Of a stretch of 64,000 nt of DNA, positions 10,314 to 20,828 are shown piece by piece. The position numbers were made by a program, and so were the translations under genes. The notes below the pieces were generated by a model. That model was not told the DNA's origin, did no database searches, and saw nothing but the letters and a program-made list of their open reading frames with translations. Numbering within the stretch: position 1 is the stretch's first letter; each line of letters opens with the position of its first letter. The stretch is from Candidatus Multivoradales bacterium. GTDB lineage: Bacteria; Acidobacteriota; Thermoanaerobaculia; Multivoradales; JAHEKO01. The stretch spans positions 2,272,001 to 2,336,000 of the forward strand of contig CBDFIJ010000004.1 in NCBI GenBank assembly GCA_965248055.1, written 5' to 3'.

Positions 10314-11940
10314 CACCGCGTCCGATCGTAAGCTCACCGGGGCCTTTATTGCGGTGAGCTTGGTGGCTCTGTTTGGTGGCATGACCACCGGGCTGTTTCA
10401 AGGCTTGGAGCACGCCGGAATCAACGTCTACGGCAGCCTCAAGCCGGTCGTTCAGTCTTACTACCACGGGCTGAGCATTCATGGCGTATTGAACGCCCTG
10501 GTGTTTACCACTTTCTTTATCTGCGGCTTTGTTCCCTTCGTCATGATGCGCGCCCTGGGTCGACCGTTGGCCAGCCGCAAGCTCGCCTGGGGCACTTTTT
10601 GGCTGATGACCGGCGGTTTGGTGATGGCGGCAGTTCCGTTGCTCGCCAATGCAGCTTCGGTGCTTTACACCATGTATCCGCCGATGCAGGCACATTGGGC
10701 GTTTTATCTAGGACTGACCTTGGTGGTGGTGGGGACTTGGCTGGTGACAGGTAACTTGACCATGACCTACCGGGGCTGGCGGCGAGATCATCCCGGGGAA
10801 AAATTGCCGCTACCTGCCTTCATGTGTGTGGCGACCTTTTTCATGTGGACCATCGCCTCGATGGGCCTGGCGACCGAGATGGTGACCATGCTGATCCCGT
10901 GGTCGATGGGTTTGGTCGAGAACACCGACGCGCTGACCGCGCGCATCTTGTTTTGGTTCACCGGTCACCCGATCGTCTACTTCTGGTTGTTGCCGGCATA
11001 CATTTCTTGGTACGCCATGGTGCCCAAGCAGGCCGGAGGCAAGCTGTTTAGTGACCCGATGGCGCGGATCGCGTTTATCCTGTTCTTGCTGCTATCGACC
11101 CCCACCGGTTTTCATCATCAGTTCACCGACCCCGGCATCCACGAGGGTTTCAAACTGGTGCATATGATCTTTACTTTTGGAGTGTTTTTTCCCAGCTTGT
11201 TGACCTTCTTTAACGTCGTCGCTTCGCTGGAACTGGCCGGCAAGAATCGGGGCGGGCGGGGCATCTTTGGTTGGTTCTTCAAACTCCCCTGGAGCGACCC
11301 GTCTGTGGCTGCCCAGGTGTTGGCGATGGTGGTGTTTGTCTTTGGAGGTATCGGGGGTTTGATCAACGCCTCGATGAATCTGAACTTGATTGTTCACAAC
11401 ACCGCCTGGATTCCCGGTCACCTCCACCTGACCGTGGGAACGGCTTCGGCGCTTACTTTCATAGGCATTTGTTACTGGCTGGTGCCACTACTCAAAGGAC
11501 GGGCTCTTTGGAGCAAGCGTATGGCGCAGGTACAGGTGTGGAGCTGGTTGGTCGGCATGGTGGTGTTCTCCAACGCCTTGCATCGCTTGGGCCTAATGGG
11601 CGCCCCTCGAAGAACCCCACTCGGCTCGGTTGCCTACGCCCAACCGGAGTGGTCTTCCGCCCTGCCGTTGGTGGGAATTGGTGGCACTGTGCTGTTCCTC
11701 AGTGGGCTGCTGTTTTTCCTCAACATGTTGGCGACCATCTGGGTTTCCAAGCGTGAGGTCGAGATCGAGGTGCCTTTTGCGGAAGCCATCGCCGATTCGT
11801 CCGAAGCCCTGGCAATTCTTGAGCGTTGGGGAATCTGGGTGACCTCTGCCGTGGTCTTGGTGCTGCTCGCCTATGGTCCACCTTTGATGGGGATTTTGTC
11901 GAGACTCGAACTTCAGTCGCCAGGCTTCAAGGTTTGGTAG
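10300..11940 (+). CDS. cbaA: B-family (ba3) heme-copper oxidase subunit I
   Basis: YYHGLSIHGVLNAL, FWFTGHPIVYFW, GFHHQFTDPGI, WIPGHLHLTVG and GAPRR. Confidence 0.95.
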   Translation: MQHADTASDRKLTGAFIAVSLVALFGGMTTGLFQGLEHAGINVYGSLKPVVQSYYHGLSIHGVLNALVFTTFFICGFVPFVMMRALGRPLASRKLAWGTFWLMTGGLVMAAVPLLANAASVLYTMYPPMQAHWAFYLGLTLVVVGTWLVTGNLTMTYRGWRRDHPGEKLPLPAFMCVATFFMWTIASMGLATEMVTMLIPWSMGLVENTDALTARILFWFTGHPIVYFWLLPAYISWYAMVPKQAGGKLFSDPMARIAFILFLLLSTPTGFHHQFTDPGIHEGFKLVHMIFTFGVFFPSLLTFFNVVASLELAGKNRGGRGIFGWFFKLPWSDPSVAAQVLAMVVFVFGGIGGLINASMNLNLIVHNTAWIPGHLHLTVGTASALTFIGICYWLVPLLKGRALWSKRMAQVQVWSWLVGMVVFSNALHRLGLMGAPRRTPLGSVAYAQPEWSSALPLVGIGGTVLFLSGLLFFLNMLATIWVSKREVEIEVPFAEAIADSSEALAILERWGIWVTSAVVLVLLAYGPPLMGILSRLELQSPGFKVW

Positions 11941-12124
11941 TGATCCGGGCTCTAGCAGATTGAAACGTCGTAGCCCGGGTCTCAGTGGCTCGGACTTGTA
12001 AGAAAAACTGACTCGGGAGGTCGTATGAATAGCTTTATCCAAGGGCGTCGTTTGAGGCTTAGGTATTGCCTTGTAGTGACACTTCGGAACCTGTCAACAA
12101 CTTTGAGACAGTTGGCAGAATTAA

Positions 12125-13138
12125 TTAGTGAATCGGGACAACCTCCTTGGTGCGCTGATGTTTGGGTGGGTTGATCCAGACGGCCCTCGGTAATAGCTGA
12201 ACGGTCGGTCTTCCACGGACAAATCGCTGTGGGTTGTTTCGCCAAGCTTGGTCAAGGGCCAGTTGACGGATCTTGAGCTTGTGGTCGGCCTTGCCGCAGT
12301 GGACATCTTCGGGTGTCAGCATGGCGATGCCGGCGTGCCGGTGCTGGGTGTTGTACCAGCGGAAAAACGAGCGGCAGAAGGCGATCGCGTCCTCGATTGA
12401 GCCGAACCGATCCGGAAAGCTCGGGTGATACTTGAGGGTCTTGAATTGTGCTTCGGAGAAGGGGTTATCGTTGGAGATGCGAGGCCGCGAGAACGACTGA
12501 GAGATACCAAGCCGTACGAGGAGTCGTCCGGTGTCCTTGGCGGTCATCGGCGAGCCCCGATCACTGTGTAGGGTTAGCTGATTCTTGGGAATGCCTTGCT
12601 TGGTTGAGGTCTCCTCGAGAAGCCTTTGGGCTAAGGCCTCGCGTTCGTGCTCGGCGAGCATCCAGCCGACCACATAGCGGCTGAAGATATCGAGGACAAC
12701 GTAGAGATAGAACCACCATCCCGGCTGCGGACCTCGCAGCCGGGTGATATCCCAGCTCCAGACTTGGTTTGCCGCTGTGGCGAGTAGCTCTGGCTTGGTA
12801 TAGACCGGATGGCGGCGTTGGCGCCGTCTCTCCTGCAGCGTCTTCTCAGCTGCCAGGAGTCGGTACATGGTGCGCTCCGAGCACAGATAGCGTTCTTCGT
12901 CGAGAAGGGTGGCCACCACGGCCGCCGGTGCAGCGTCGACAAAGCGCGGCCCGTTGAGTAGGTCAAGGACCTGTTGTTTTTCGCTGACTGTCAGTGCCCG
13001 AGCTGGAGTCGGTCGAGGCTGCTGAGGCTCGGTTGATCTCGGCCGAAGCCGACGATAGAACGTTGCACGACTGACGCTCAGGCTCCGGCAGGCCGGTGCG
13101 ATACCGACCCACGGAGCCAGCGTCCTGGCCGCTTTCAC
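12125..13138 (-). CDS. IS3-family transposase OrfB (rve/DDE)
   Basis: VWSWDIT, LDIFSRYVVGW, HSDRGS and NDNPFSEAQFKTLK. Confidence 0.93.
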   Translation of the reverse strand: MKAARTLAPWVGIAPACRSLSVSRATFYRRLRPRSTEPQQPRPTPARALTVSEKQQVLDLLNGPRFVDAAPAAVVATLLDEERYLCSERTMYRLLAAEKTLQERRRQRRHPVYTKPELLATAANQVWSWDITRLRGPQPGWWFYLYVVLDIFSRYVVGWMLAEHEREALAQRLLEETSTKQGIPKNQLTLHSDRGSPMTAKDTGRLLVRLGISQSFSRPRISNDNPFSEAQFKTLKYHPSFPDRFGSIEDAIAFCRSFFRWYNTQHRHAGIAMLTPEDVHCGKADHKLKIRQLALDQAWRNNPQRFVRGRPTVQLLPRAVWINPPKHQRTKEVVPIH

Positions 13139-13614
13139 GAGTTCTTCTCGCCCTCTGAGGGGATACCCAGCAGCCCGGCTACTTTTCTTTGCACATCGAT
13201 GATCAGCTGTGCCTTGTGCAATTCGTTCTCAAGCCGAGTCTTCTCCCGCTCTAGTCGAGCAACCTTGCTTTCCAACGGGTGCCTTTTGGGTTTGCGTCCA
13301 CGGCTTTTGCCGAGCGCGGCAAGCGATCCCCGTCGCCGAGCTAGGCGCCAGTTAGATAGATGAGATGAGTAGAGACCCTCCCGGCGCAACAGGGACCCGA
13401 CCTCCTCTCGGCTGGAGCAAGCGTCGGCCTGCTCCAAGATCGCCAGCTTGTACTTTGCCGTAAACCGCCGTCTGGCGGGTCGAGCCTCGATCTCAGGGTC
13501 GGGTACCGATTCGGGGGTCGAGGACAAATGCGCCGTCTCCCCTCCGGCTCCCTCGTCGCTACGCTCCTCGGTCGCCTTCGGCGAGACGGGCAATATGGGC
13601 TGATTCTGAAACAT
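13135..13614 (-). CDS. IS3-family transposase OrfA (HTH)
   Basis: RRRFTAKYKLAIL...LLRREGLYSSHLSNWR followed by a coiled coil; 4-nt overlap with orfB. Confidence 0.9.
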   Translation of the reverse strand: MFQNQPILPVSPKATEERSDEGAGGETAHLSSTPESVPDPEIEARPARRRFTAKYKLAILEQADACSSREEVGSLLRREGLYSSHLSNWRLARRRGSLAALGKSRGRKPKRHPLESKVARLEREKTRLENELHKAQLIIDVQRKVAGLLGIPSEGEKNS

Positions 13615-15879
13615 ACTGAAACCTCCTTCCGCCCTCTAATTATCAGGGGGCCAAGTGTCTCAGCTACGTTGGCAGATAGGGCTTGGTGGCGCCGTTGCAC
13701 TGTCGGCAGCCGATCAACAGGGCGTAGAAGTTGAAGATGAGTCGTCGGAAACCAAAGCGGAATTTCGCCAATCGATTTCCGTTTCCGCCAATCACCCGGA
13801 TACACCGTCTGAAGTTGTCAAAACCAGCGATGAGATCGAAACTTGGGGCGGCGAAGATCTTGGAGCCTTGTTGCGACGCCAGCCAGGGATGGAAGCAGTC
13901 CGGCGCGGTGCCATTGGGATGGATCCGCAGGTGAGAGGACTGCGCGAGGGGCAGCTTGCGATCTTCGTTGACGGTACCCGTACTTTTTCGGCTGCGCCTG
14001 GGCGTATGGACTCCGCGCTGGCACACATCAGTCCGCGAGCTGTTGAGAAGCTCACTGTGGTCAAAGGACCATACGCCTTGGAATGGGGTGCTGGGGCGAT
14101 GGCGGCGATCTACCTCGATACCCACCGCGGGGTCTTTGCCGACTCCTTACTGCAGCCATTGGGGAGAGTTGGCGTCGACTATGGCAGCAATGGCAACCCC
14201 CATGACGCCTACGTGAGCTTGTCATCCGGAGGACCACAGGTGCGTTGGAATGGGTTCGCGCAGACGCGTGCTGGTGACGACTATGAAGATGGAAGCGGAG
14301 CCAAGATTCCTGGGGACTACCAATCCACAGATCTGCGTTGGAATGTTGATGCCATGATCAACGAGAGTTGGCAACTCGGCTACGCCGGCGGCCGGCAGAG
14401 CCAAGACGACATCGACTACCCTGGGCGGCTTCTGGATGCCACGTATTTCGACACCCGCTCGCACGACCTAACCCTGACAGGCAGTTCTCGGTTAGTGGAC
14501 GCCATACAGTTTCAGGTTTACAGCAACGACAAGAGCCATGCGATGAACAATGCAGCGAAACCCACGGCTCGTCCAATGGCGGGGCGGACGCCTCCGTTCG
14601 CGATCCAGGTCGACTTGCCGGCGTCTTCCGACACCAGTGGTGGAAGAGCGATGGTGACGTGGGGTTTCGGCGATTGGTCGTTGACTACCGGCGTCGATCA
14701 CTACACCCTAGTGCAAAACGCGACTCGCACCATCAGCCGACGCGACACAGGAATGGTGATGTTTGACGATATGGTTTGGCCCGATGTCCAGACACAAGAT
14801 ACCGGGGCCTACGCCAGAGCGACCTACCGTGGAGACCGGTGGACGATGGGTAGCACTATCCGGATGGACAAAGCGTCCACAGCCATGCGGGGCGAGTCCG
14901 TGTTGTTTTCTGAATTGCCTGCTGAGTTGGGCGGGCGAGATGACAGTCTGATCGCCGTGGCGGTGAGTGGGCGTCGTCAATTGGGTAGTGAATGGGCGAT
15001 CGTTGGCGGTCTTGGTGCGGTTGAGCGATTACCGAGTGCTTTGGAGCGCTACGCGGACCGGTTTCCTGCCACGCGCTTTCAAGTGGCAGCGGAGTTCGTC
15101 GGTGACCCACAGCTAGCTCCAGAGAGGTCTCAGCAATTGGACCTCGGTATTGAGTATCGGGGAGCAAAGCTGGATGGTTCGATTAGCGTCTTTCACCGAG
15201 TAGTTGATGACTACATCACCGTATTGCCGGATAGCACCATTCCGCGCCGTCTCCCGATGAGTCCGAGCCAAGTCTTCCGCTACCGAAACGGTTCCGAGGC
15301 AACTTTCAGCGGTGCCGAACTGCAGGCTCGCCGTCAGACCGGGGTCAAGGTTGAGCTGTGGGGCAATCTTTCATGGTTGCAGGGAACAGACGAAGAATTT
15401 GGCGACCCAGCCTTCGGAGTGCCACCACTACGTGCCTGGATAGGAGGGCTACTGCACGCCACCGCCTCTCTCGACATTGAACTGGCCTGGACTCTTGAGC
15501 ACCGTCAAGATCGGGTGGCTACCAGCCGTTTCGAGAAGCCCACTCCGGGATACGGTCGTGGTGACCTGTCATTCGCATGGCAACGCTCCGATTGGCACTT
15601 CAAGCTGGTGGTCGAGAATCTTAACGACAAGGCATTCGTCCGCCATCTCAACGCCGCCAACCCCTTCACTGGCTTAAGCGTCTCAGAACGGGGGCACAGC
15701 GTTCGCGGCGCGGTGGAATGGAGGTTCTAGTTTGGTAGGGACACAGTGGAGTCTTGGTTTCCGTGATTGGTCGCCAGATATTTGGCAGAAGTGACACCGA
15801 GCTGGCTTGGTAGAAAAGAAATGTATAGCTTGGGAGTCACTCGGGCTCGGGCCTTAGACTCTTCGCAACCCATCGTTAC

Positions 15880-16450
15880 GATGAACCCGATTCGTCTCAC
15901 GGCCATCGTCTTGTTGCTCACCGTAGTTGCTGCCTGCCAGTCTGTACCCAAGAGTTCTTCCAAGGATGGCAGCCCGGAGGCCAGTATGAGCGGTTTCTCG
16001 TGGGTAATTACCGATCAACTGGCCGCGATGCCCGCGCCCGGTGGTTCTCGCGACCTTGCTGAAGATCTCGACTACATTGCCGGGCAGGGAATCAGCACCT
16101 TAGTCTCGTTGACTGAGGAGTCAATTGACATGGATCGACTGGATAGGCACGACTTGATTGGATATCACATTCCAGTCAAAGACTACACGGCTCCGACCCT
16201 GCTACAGATGCATGAGTTCGTGAAAATAGTGAGCCTTGTTGTTGCTCGCGGTGAACGTGCGGCGGTACATTGCACGGCTGGACTAGGCCGATCGGGCACA
16301 ATGGTAGCGGCGTATTTCGTCAATCGAGGTCTTGAGGCGAACGACGCTATAGCCAAGATACGCAGGCTCCGCCCTGATTCGATCGAGACTGCCGGTCAAG
16401 AGCAGGCTGTTCGCGACTACATGCAATTTCTGAAAGAAAAAGACGATTAG
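15880..16450 (+). CDS. Dual-specificity/cyclin-dependent kinase inhibitor 3-like protein phosphatase (lipoprotein)
   Basis: HCTAGLGRSG (CX5R), IRRLRPDSIET; lipobox VAAC. Confidence 0.85.
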
Positions 16451-16460
16451 GCGACATAGA

Positions 16461-16476
16461 GGACACAATTGTGTCC
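16461..16476. repeat. REP-like palindrome GGACACAATTGTGTCC
   Basis: Perfect 16-bp palindrome; related to the hairpin at 17763-17788. Confidence 0.6.
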
Positions 16477-16483
16477 CGCTTGG

Positions 16484-16876
16484 TTATCCGATCCGCGTTC
16501 TCATCCATTCGGTCAGTTTAATTTTTCCGATCTGGCCTGCTGCGACGGCCAGGGTAGTTTGTTCCAGTGACTCGGGCGGCGGTAGTTTCTCGGTTTCATT
16601 GATGCTCAAGAACACCAAAGTCGCCAAAACCGCGGTGCGTTTGTTGCCGTCGATAAACGCATGGTTTTGCGCGATGTGAAAAAGATAGGCTGCCGCCATC
16701 GCTGGCAGATCAGGATGTAAATACTGGCCGTCGAATTGTTGCTGTGGCATGAGTACCGCCGACTCCAATAGGCCGACATCGCGAAGACCACCCAAACCGC
16801 CTTCGACAGCGGTGGTGTTTTCGTGGATCGCCAGAACGTTGTTGACGCTGAGGAATTGTAGGTCCACCAAACCCAC
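16484..16876 (-). CDS. Doc/Fic family toxin
   Basis: GLRDVGLLESA and HAFIDGNKRTA Doc motif. Confidence 0.92.
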   Translation of the reverse strand: MGLVDLQFLSVNNVLAIHENTTAVEGGLGGLRDVGLLESAVLMPQQQFDGQYLHPDLPAMAAAYLFHIAQNHAFIDGNKRTAVLATLVFLSINETEKLPPPESLEQTTLAVAAGQIGKIKLTEWMRTRIG

Positions 16877-16906
16877 CTATCTCACCCACTTTTCTCTGGG
16901 GCCATT

Positions 16907-17134
16907 TCACTGAGCCAAGCGTTGGAGCATGTCCCCATAGGTCGGGCGTAGTTGGTCGATCACCTCATCGACCTTGTCTTTTCCCACCCCGACATGGATT
17001 GGCGTAACAACCAGTGAGTTTCCATGCACGGTGATCTGAAGTTGAGTATCACTGTCGATTCCCAAAGCCTCCATCAACGGTTTTTCAATGACCAGGGCTT
17101 GGCTGTTTCCGTGTTTCTTAAGAGTCTTGACCAT
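16907..17134 (-). CDS. AbrB/MazE-type antitoxin
   Basis: KKHGNSQALVIEK swapped-hairpin start; lies upstream of the Doc toxin. Confidence 0.88.
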   Translation of the reverse strand: MVKTLKKHGNSQALVIEKPLMEALGIDSDTQLQITVHGNSLVVTPIHVGVGKDKVDEVIDQLRPTYGDMLQRLAQ

Positions 17135-17212
17135 AGCGGCACCTCAGGATGACGAAGATCAATGTTATAACAAAGTTAGAACGCGATGTAAATAAGGCGT
17201 TGTGCCCCAGTG

Positions 17213-17750
17213 ATGTAACCGAATCCCCCTGGCTTGCATCTAGCAAGGTGAAGGATGTCAATAATCGACGTCCAGTCCGACATGACGATGCAAGGAGACT
17301 TGAGAATGAAACACGCAAGAATATGGCTAACCACCGGCTTCGCCCTGTTGATCGCAACAACCGCCGCGGCGCACCCGCGTGACGCGGGGGATTCGGTGGA
17401 GAACGGGGGTCACTTCGGGGAACAGCGGATGGAGCGCCACCTGGATCGGATGGTCGAGGCATTGGAGCTGGACGACGGTCAAAAGGCGCAAGTAGAAGTG
17501 ATTCTCACTGAATCACGCGACCGCCATGCTGCCCGACGAGAAGGGGCTCAAGCTAAACAAGAGATGCTGCAATCTTTACTCGATTCCAATTCTCCAGACC
17601 CGGCTGAGGTGGGAGCGTTGATGATTGAAATACATCAATCGAGACAACAGATGAGCGCTGAACGCGAGCAAGTTCACGCCGAGATCTCGGCCCTTTTGAC
17701 ACCCGACCAGTTGCAGCGATTGGATGCGGTGAAAGAGATGCGCTCAGAGG
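17213..17750 (+). repeat. 538-bp direct repeat, copy 1 (ECF-type promoter plus Spy-like gene)
   Basis: Near-identical to 19109-19646. Confidence 0.92.
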
Positions 17751-17761
17751 AGAACGAATAA
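17307..17761 (+). CDS. Spy/CpxP family periplasmic protein, copy 1 (shorter C-terminus)
   Basis: Signal peptide, LELDDGQK and LLTPDQ (LTxxQ) motifs; listed ORF starts at 17255. Confidence 0.8.
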
Positions 17762-17762
17762 G

Positions 17763-17788
17763 GGGACACAATAAGAGTATTGTGTCCC
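17763..17788. repeat. REP-like hairpin GGGACACAATA-agag-TATTGTGTCCC
   Basis: 11-bp perfect stem sharing arms with the palindrome at 16461. Confidence 0.6.
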
Positions 17789-17836
17789 TCGCTACGACAA
17801 AACCTCCAGCCGTGCGGATGACTGGTGAGCGGTCTT

Positions 17837-18304
17837 CTATTCGTCTTCGGCCGATTGTCCTTCGATTAGTCGAAGGACGCGGGCGTCCTCCTGGTGGCGC
17901 GGGTGATCGATCCGGCTCTTGATGTCCAGCAAACTTGTGCGGTCGATCCAGTTAGTCTCCACCTGTCCGTAGTTGTCGCGGACGCGCGACGCCCACGCCT
18001 GCGAGAAGGTTGGGCCGCCCGCGCTCGCGGGATCTCGCAGCAGATCGATGCGGTTTGGGGCAACCCCAAGTTGGAGAATTTCGTCCCTGTTTGAGTTCTT
18101 GAGAAGGTAAGGACTGCCGAATTCTGCAAGAGCTTTGTTTGCTTTATCGACGTTGACGAAAGAGGGATCAACCCAAAGGTCCATGTCTTTGGTGTAACGC
18201 GGTTTCGCGTGGTAAATGAAGGCGAGCCCGCCAATGATTAGATAGCGGACTCCGAATTGCTCGAACAGGTCGAGAAGGTCCTCAAAGTCCTGGATGGATT
18301 CCAT
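17837..18304 (-). CDS. Nucleotidyltransferase family protein (DUF6036-like)
   Basis: YLIIGGLA...PRYTKDMDLWV, RIDLL, K...R.QED. Confidence 0.8.
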   Translation of the reverse strand: MESIQDFEDLLDLFEQFGVRYLIIGGLAFIYHAKPRYTKDMDLWVDPSFVNVDKANKALAEFGSPYLLKNSNRDEILQLGVAPNRIDLLRDPASAGGPTFSQAWASRVRDNYGQVETNWIDRTSLLDIKSRIDHPRHQEDARVLRLIEGQSAEDE

Positions 18305-18305
18305 A

Positions 18306-18539
18306 CTAGCGATTCTGGTGTTCGCTGACTGCTTTGCGGTTGCTGATTGCTTCCACGTCGCGATGGATCGATACTAGAGCCGACAACCTTTCTTGCGGGG
18401 TGCAACTCTGCCAGAACTCCAGATCCCAAAGCTCAGCCTCTTCAAAGCTTGAAGAACTGTGGCCAACAATCCGTTCTCGGCGGCTGCGGCTTCGCTCAGA
18501 AAGTGTGGAGCACTGAGGAGGATCCCTATCTTCCAGCAT
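18306..18539 (-). CDS. Small hypothetical protein, partner of the nucleotidyltransferase
   Basis: SFEEAELWDLEFWQSCTPQERL; coupled directly upstream of the NTase gene. Confidence 0.6.
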   Translation of the reverse strand: MLEDRDPPQCSTLSERSRSRRERIVGHSSSSFEEAELWDLEFWQSCTPQERLSALVSIHRDVEAISNRKAVSEHQNR

Positions 18540-19108
18540 TTCCCCATTCTATCGTGAACCTAGAGCCAGATTGGAGTTGGTGCCCCCTTCCTGCTCTTGG
18601 TTCTCGGCCAGCCTCCTTTGTTATCGAGAGTCGGGTTCAAAGGCAATTTGTTCGGCTGTCGGCACGATCGAAAAAGGAGGATGAAGATTGCTGCACCGGC
18701 TGAAGATGGAGACGCAGAACCGCAGCCTAGAGCGGAAATCACTGGGTACTTCGCTGCCATTGTTGGGCTGAAGAGACCGAGTACGGGGACGGGTCGAAAA
18801 TCTAATTGACTTGCCTGAAAACCCCTTGGGAAGCTCTTGGCGGAGTCAGAAGAATATGCCCGACACTGTTCAGTTGCTAAGAGAAGCACGGAACGCAAAT
18901 GAATGGCACTTTGAGGGCTCTCGAAAAGGGGTTGAACGACACGGACGCCTCGGTGAGTTCGTACGCCAGATCCATGCTCAAGGGTCTAGCGGGTGATTCT
19001 CACGCGTTGGCAATGGTCGATGTCCGTGGCGAGTCAGTTCCGTAGGTGCGAATCCGCCCCTCAACTGCAGCAGTGCAGAGTGTCCAATCGGGAGCAGCTC
19101 TGTCTCTA

Positions 19109-19646
19109 ATGTAACCGAATCCCCTTGGCTTGCATCTAGCAAGGTGAAGGATGTCAATAATCGATGTCCAGTCCGACATGACGATGCAAGGAGACTTGAG
19201 AATGAAACACGCAAGAATATGGCTAACCACCGGCTTCGCCCTGCTGATCGCAACAACCGCCGCGGCGCACCCGCGTGACGCGGGGGACTCGGCGGAAAAC
19301 GTGGGTCACTTCGGGGAACAGCGGATGGAGCGCCACCTGGATCGGATGGTTGAGGTATTGGAGCTGGATGAAGGTCAAAAGGCGCAAGTAGAAGCAATTC
19401 TTACTGAATCGCATGAGCGCCACGCTACGCGGCGAGAAGGAGCTCAAGCCAAACACGAGCAACTGAGGTCTTTGCTCGATTCCAATTCTCCAGACCCGGC
19501 TGAGGTGGGAGCGTTGATGATTGAAATGCATCAATCGAGACAACAGATGAGTGCTGAACGCGAGCAAGTTCACGCCGAGATCTCGGCCCTTTTGACACCC
19601 GACCAGTTGCAGCGATTGGATGCGGTGAAAGAGATGCGCTCTGAGG
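19109..19646 (+). repeat. 538-bp direct repeat, copy 2
   Basis: Near-identical to 17213-17750. Confidence 0.92.
19110..19138 (+). promoter_or_regulatory. Putative ECF sigma promoter (TGTAAC-N17-CATCT)
   Basis: AAC -35 and CATCT -10 upstream of the Spy-like gene in the ECF operon; also copied at 17214. Confidence 0.5.
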
Positions 19647-19714
19647 GGACCGGCCGGCGACACAAACGCCGCGAGCACCGCGGCAAGCGACTTCACCAAC
19701 GGCGTGGACACTAG
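19203..19714 (+). CDS. Spy/CpxP family periplasmic protein, copy 2
   Basis: Signal peptide, LTPDQ motif, basic His/Arg tail; listed ORF starts at 19151. Confidence 0.82.
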
Positions 19715-19864
19715 GGCTTGTTAGCGCTTGTCAGATTGCTGCGACGGTGGTCCATTTTGTTCAATGCGAAGAACGACAAGCGCAATGTATTCTATGTACT
19801 TCAGTGAGAAGAGACGAAGCAGTGTCCAAAATGGGACCCGTCCCAAGGCGTAGGCTTATTCACC

Positions 19865-20455
19865 ATGGACGTACAACTCGTGATCACCAAGCCGTGGCTT
19901 CTTTTCGCCGCTCGGGATGTCGAAAAGGACGCAGATACCGAATGGGTCCAAGCGGCTCAGGCTGGGGATCGCGACGCCTTCGAATACCTGGTGACCAAGT
20001 ACCAGCGAAGAGTCTTTCAACTCTCCGGTCGCTTCTTTCGCCGACCCGAGGACGTTGAGGAGGCGGCACAAGAGACCTTCTTGACCGCTTGGCGCAAGCT
20101 GGATCGTTATTCTCGACGCGCCCCGTTTGAGCATTGGTTAACACGGGTTTGTCTAAACACCTCATTGGGCATCTTACGCCGACAGAAGAAGACGGAGCCG
20201 CTTCCGATGGAGATCGTTGCGCGGTCGCCCGGTATCGAAGTACGCATCGAAGCGAGCCAGATGATTGCACGCCTGGCTCCTGCCGACGCAATGGTTTTGC
20301 GCTTGTTGCACGCCGAAGGATGGACCGTAGCTGAGATCGCACACCGACTGGGGTGGACCCAAGCCAACGTTAAAGTACGCGCACATCGGGCGCGGGCCAA
20401 GCTTCGTAAGTGGGCCGAAGAGGAAAATTCGAGCACCGGAGGCCACAATGTTTAG
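19865..20455 (+). CDS. ECF RNA polymerase sigma factor
   Basis: GDRDAFEYLV, EEAAQETFL, WLTRVCLN, EIAHRLG...VKVRAHRAR. Confidence 0.92.
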   Translation: MDVQLVITKPWLLFAARDVEKDADTEWVQAAQAGDRDAFEYLVTKYQRRVFQLSGRFFRRPEDVEEAAQETFLTAWRKLDRYSRRAPFEHWLTRVCLNTSLGILRRQKKTEPLPMEIVARSPGIEVRIEASQMIARLAPADAMVLRLLHAEGWTVAEIAHRLGWTQANVKVRAHRARAKLRKWAEEENSSTGGHNV

Positions 20456-20828
20456 CCGAGTCCAGGTCAAAGACGAGTGCAGGCAATTTCGTCAGCACCT
20501 TGTGGCGGGCAAGCCTGGGAATCGCCACCTTGCCGACTGTCCTCGATGCGGGATTATTGCTCAGCGTTGGCAACAAATAGAGCAGGTCTTAAGCGAAGAT
20601 TCCAAGGTAGGCCCAGCGCCCGGTTTTGCCGGTCGAGTATGCCGGCGACTGGATGGTCGACCTCATCCGGTGGTCGCGATCGCCCTACGAGTGGTCCCCG
20701 CGACCCTGGCCACGGTGGTCGCATTGACCCTGTGGTTGGCCTATCAGGGCGCACTCACCAACGATGGTTCAACTGCAGCGGTGGATGACTATGTTGCCTG
20801 GGTCATGGAGGCGGTGGACGATGAGTAA
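20448..20828 (+). CDS. Anti-sigma factor (zf-HC2 plus TM)
   Basis: HLADCPRC, one TM; overlaps the sigma gene. Confidence 0.75.
   Translation: MFSRVQVKDECRQFRQHLVAGKPGNRHLADCPRCGIIAQRWQQIEQVLSEDSKVGPAPGFAGRVCRRLDGRPHPVVAIALRVVPATLATVVALTLWLAYQGALTNDGSTAAVDDYVAWVMEAVDDE

Larger units (their letters stand above)
12092..13674 (-). mobile_element. IS3-family insertion sequence
   Basis: Imperfect terminal inverted repeats TGTCAACAACTTTGAGACAGTTGG and TGCCAACGTAGCTGAGACACTTGG (TG...CA ends) flank orfA/orfB; no target duplication seen. Confidence 0.9.
12025..15730 (+). pseudogene. OprC/NosA-like TonB-dependent receptor interrupted in its signal peptide by the IS (body 13675-15730)
   Basis: GGAGG plus ATG at 12025 encodes MNSFIQGRRLRLRYCLVVTL before the IS; IGLGGAVALSA follows it; plug DPQVRGL, PGRMD, VVKGPY, HAMNN, LAPERS and C-terminal WRF. 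Confidence 0.72.

Noticed and set aside
13655-13674. GTG start of the TonB receptor ORF as listed in the track
   Set aside because: It lies inside the IS terminal inverted repeat; the natural start is more likely 12025.
18540-19108. Short ORFs between the NTase pair and the second repeat copy
   Set aside because: No recognisable motifs or RBS; overlapping ORFs on both strands, probably non-coding or decayed.
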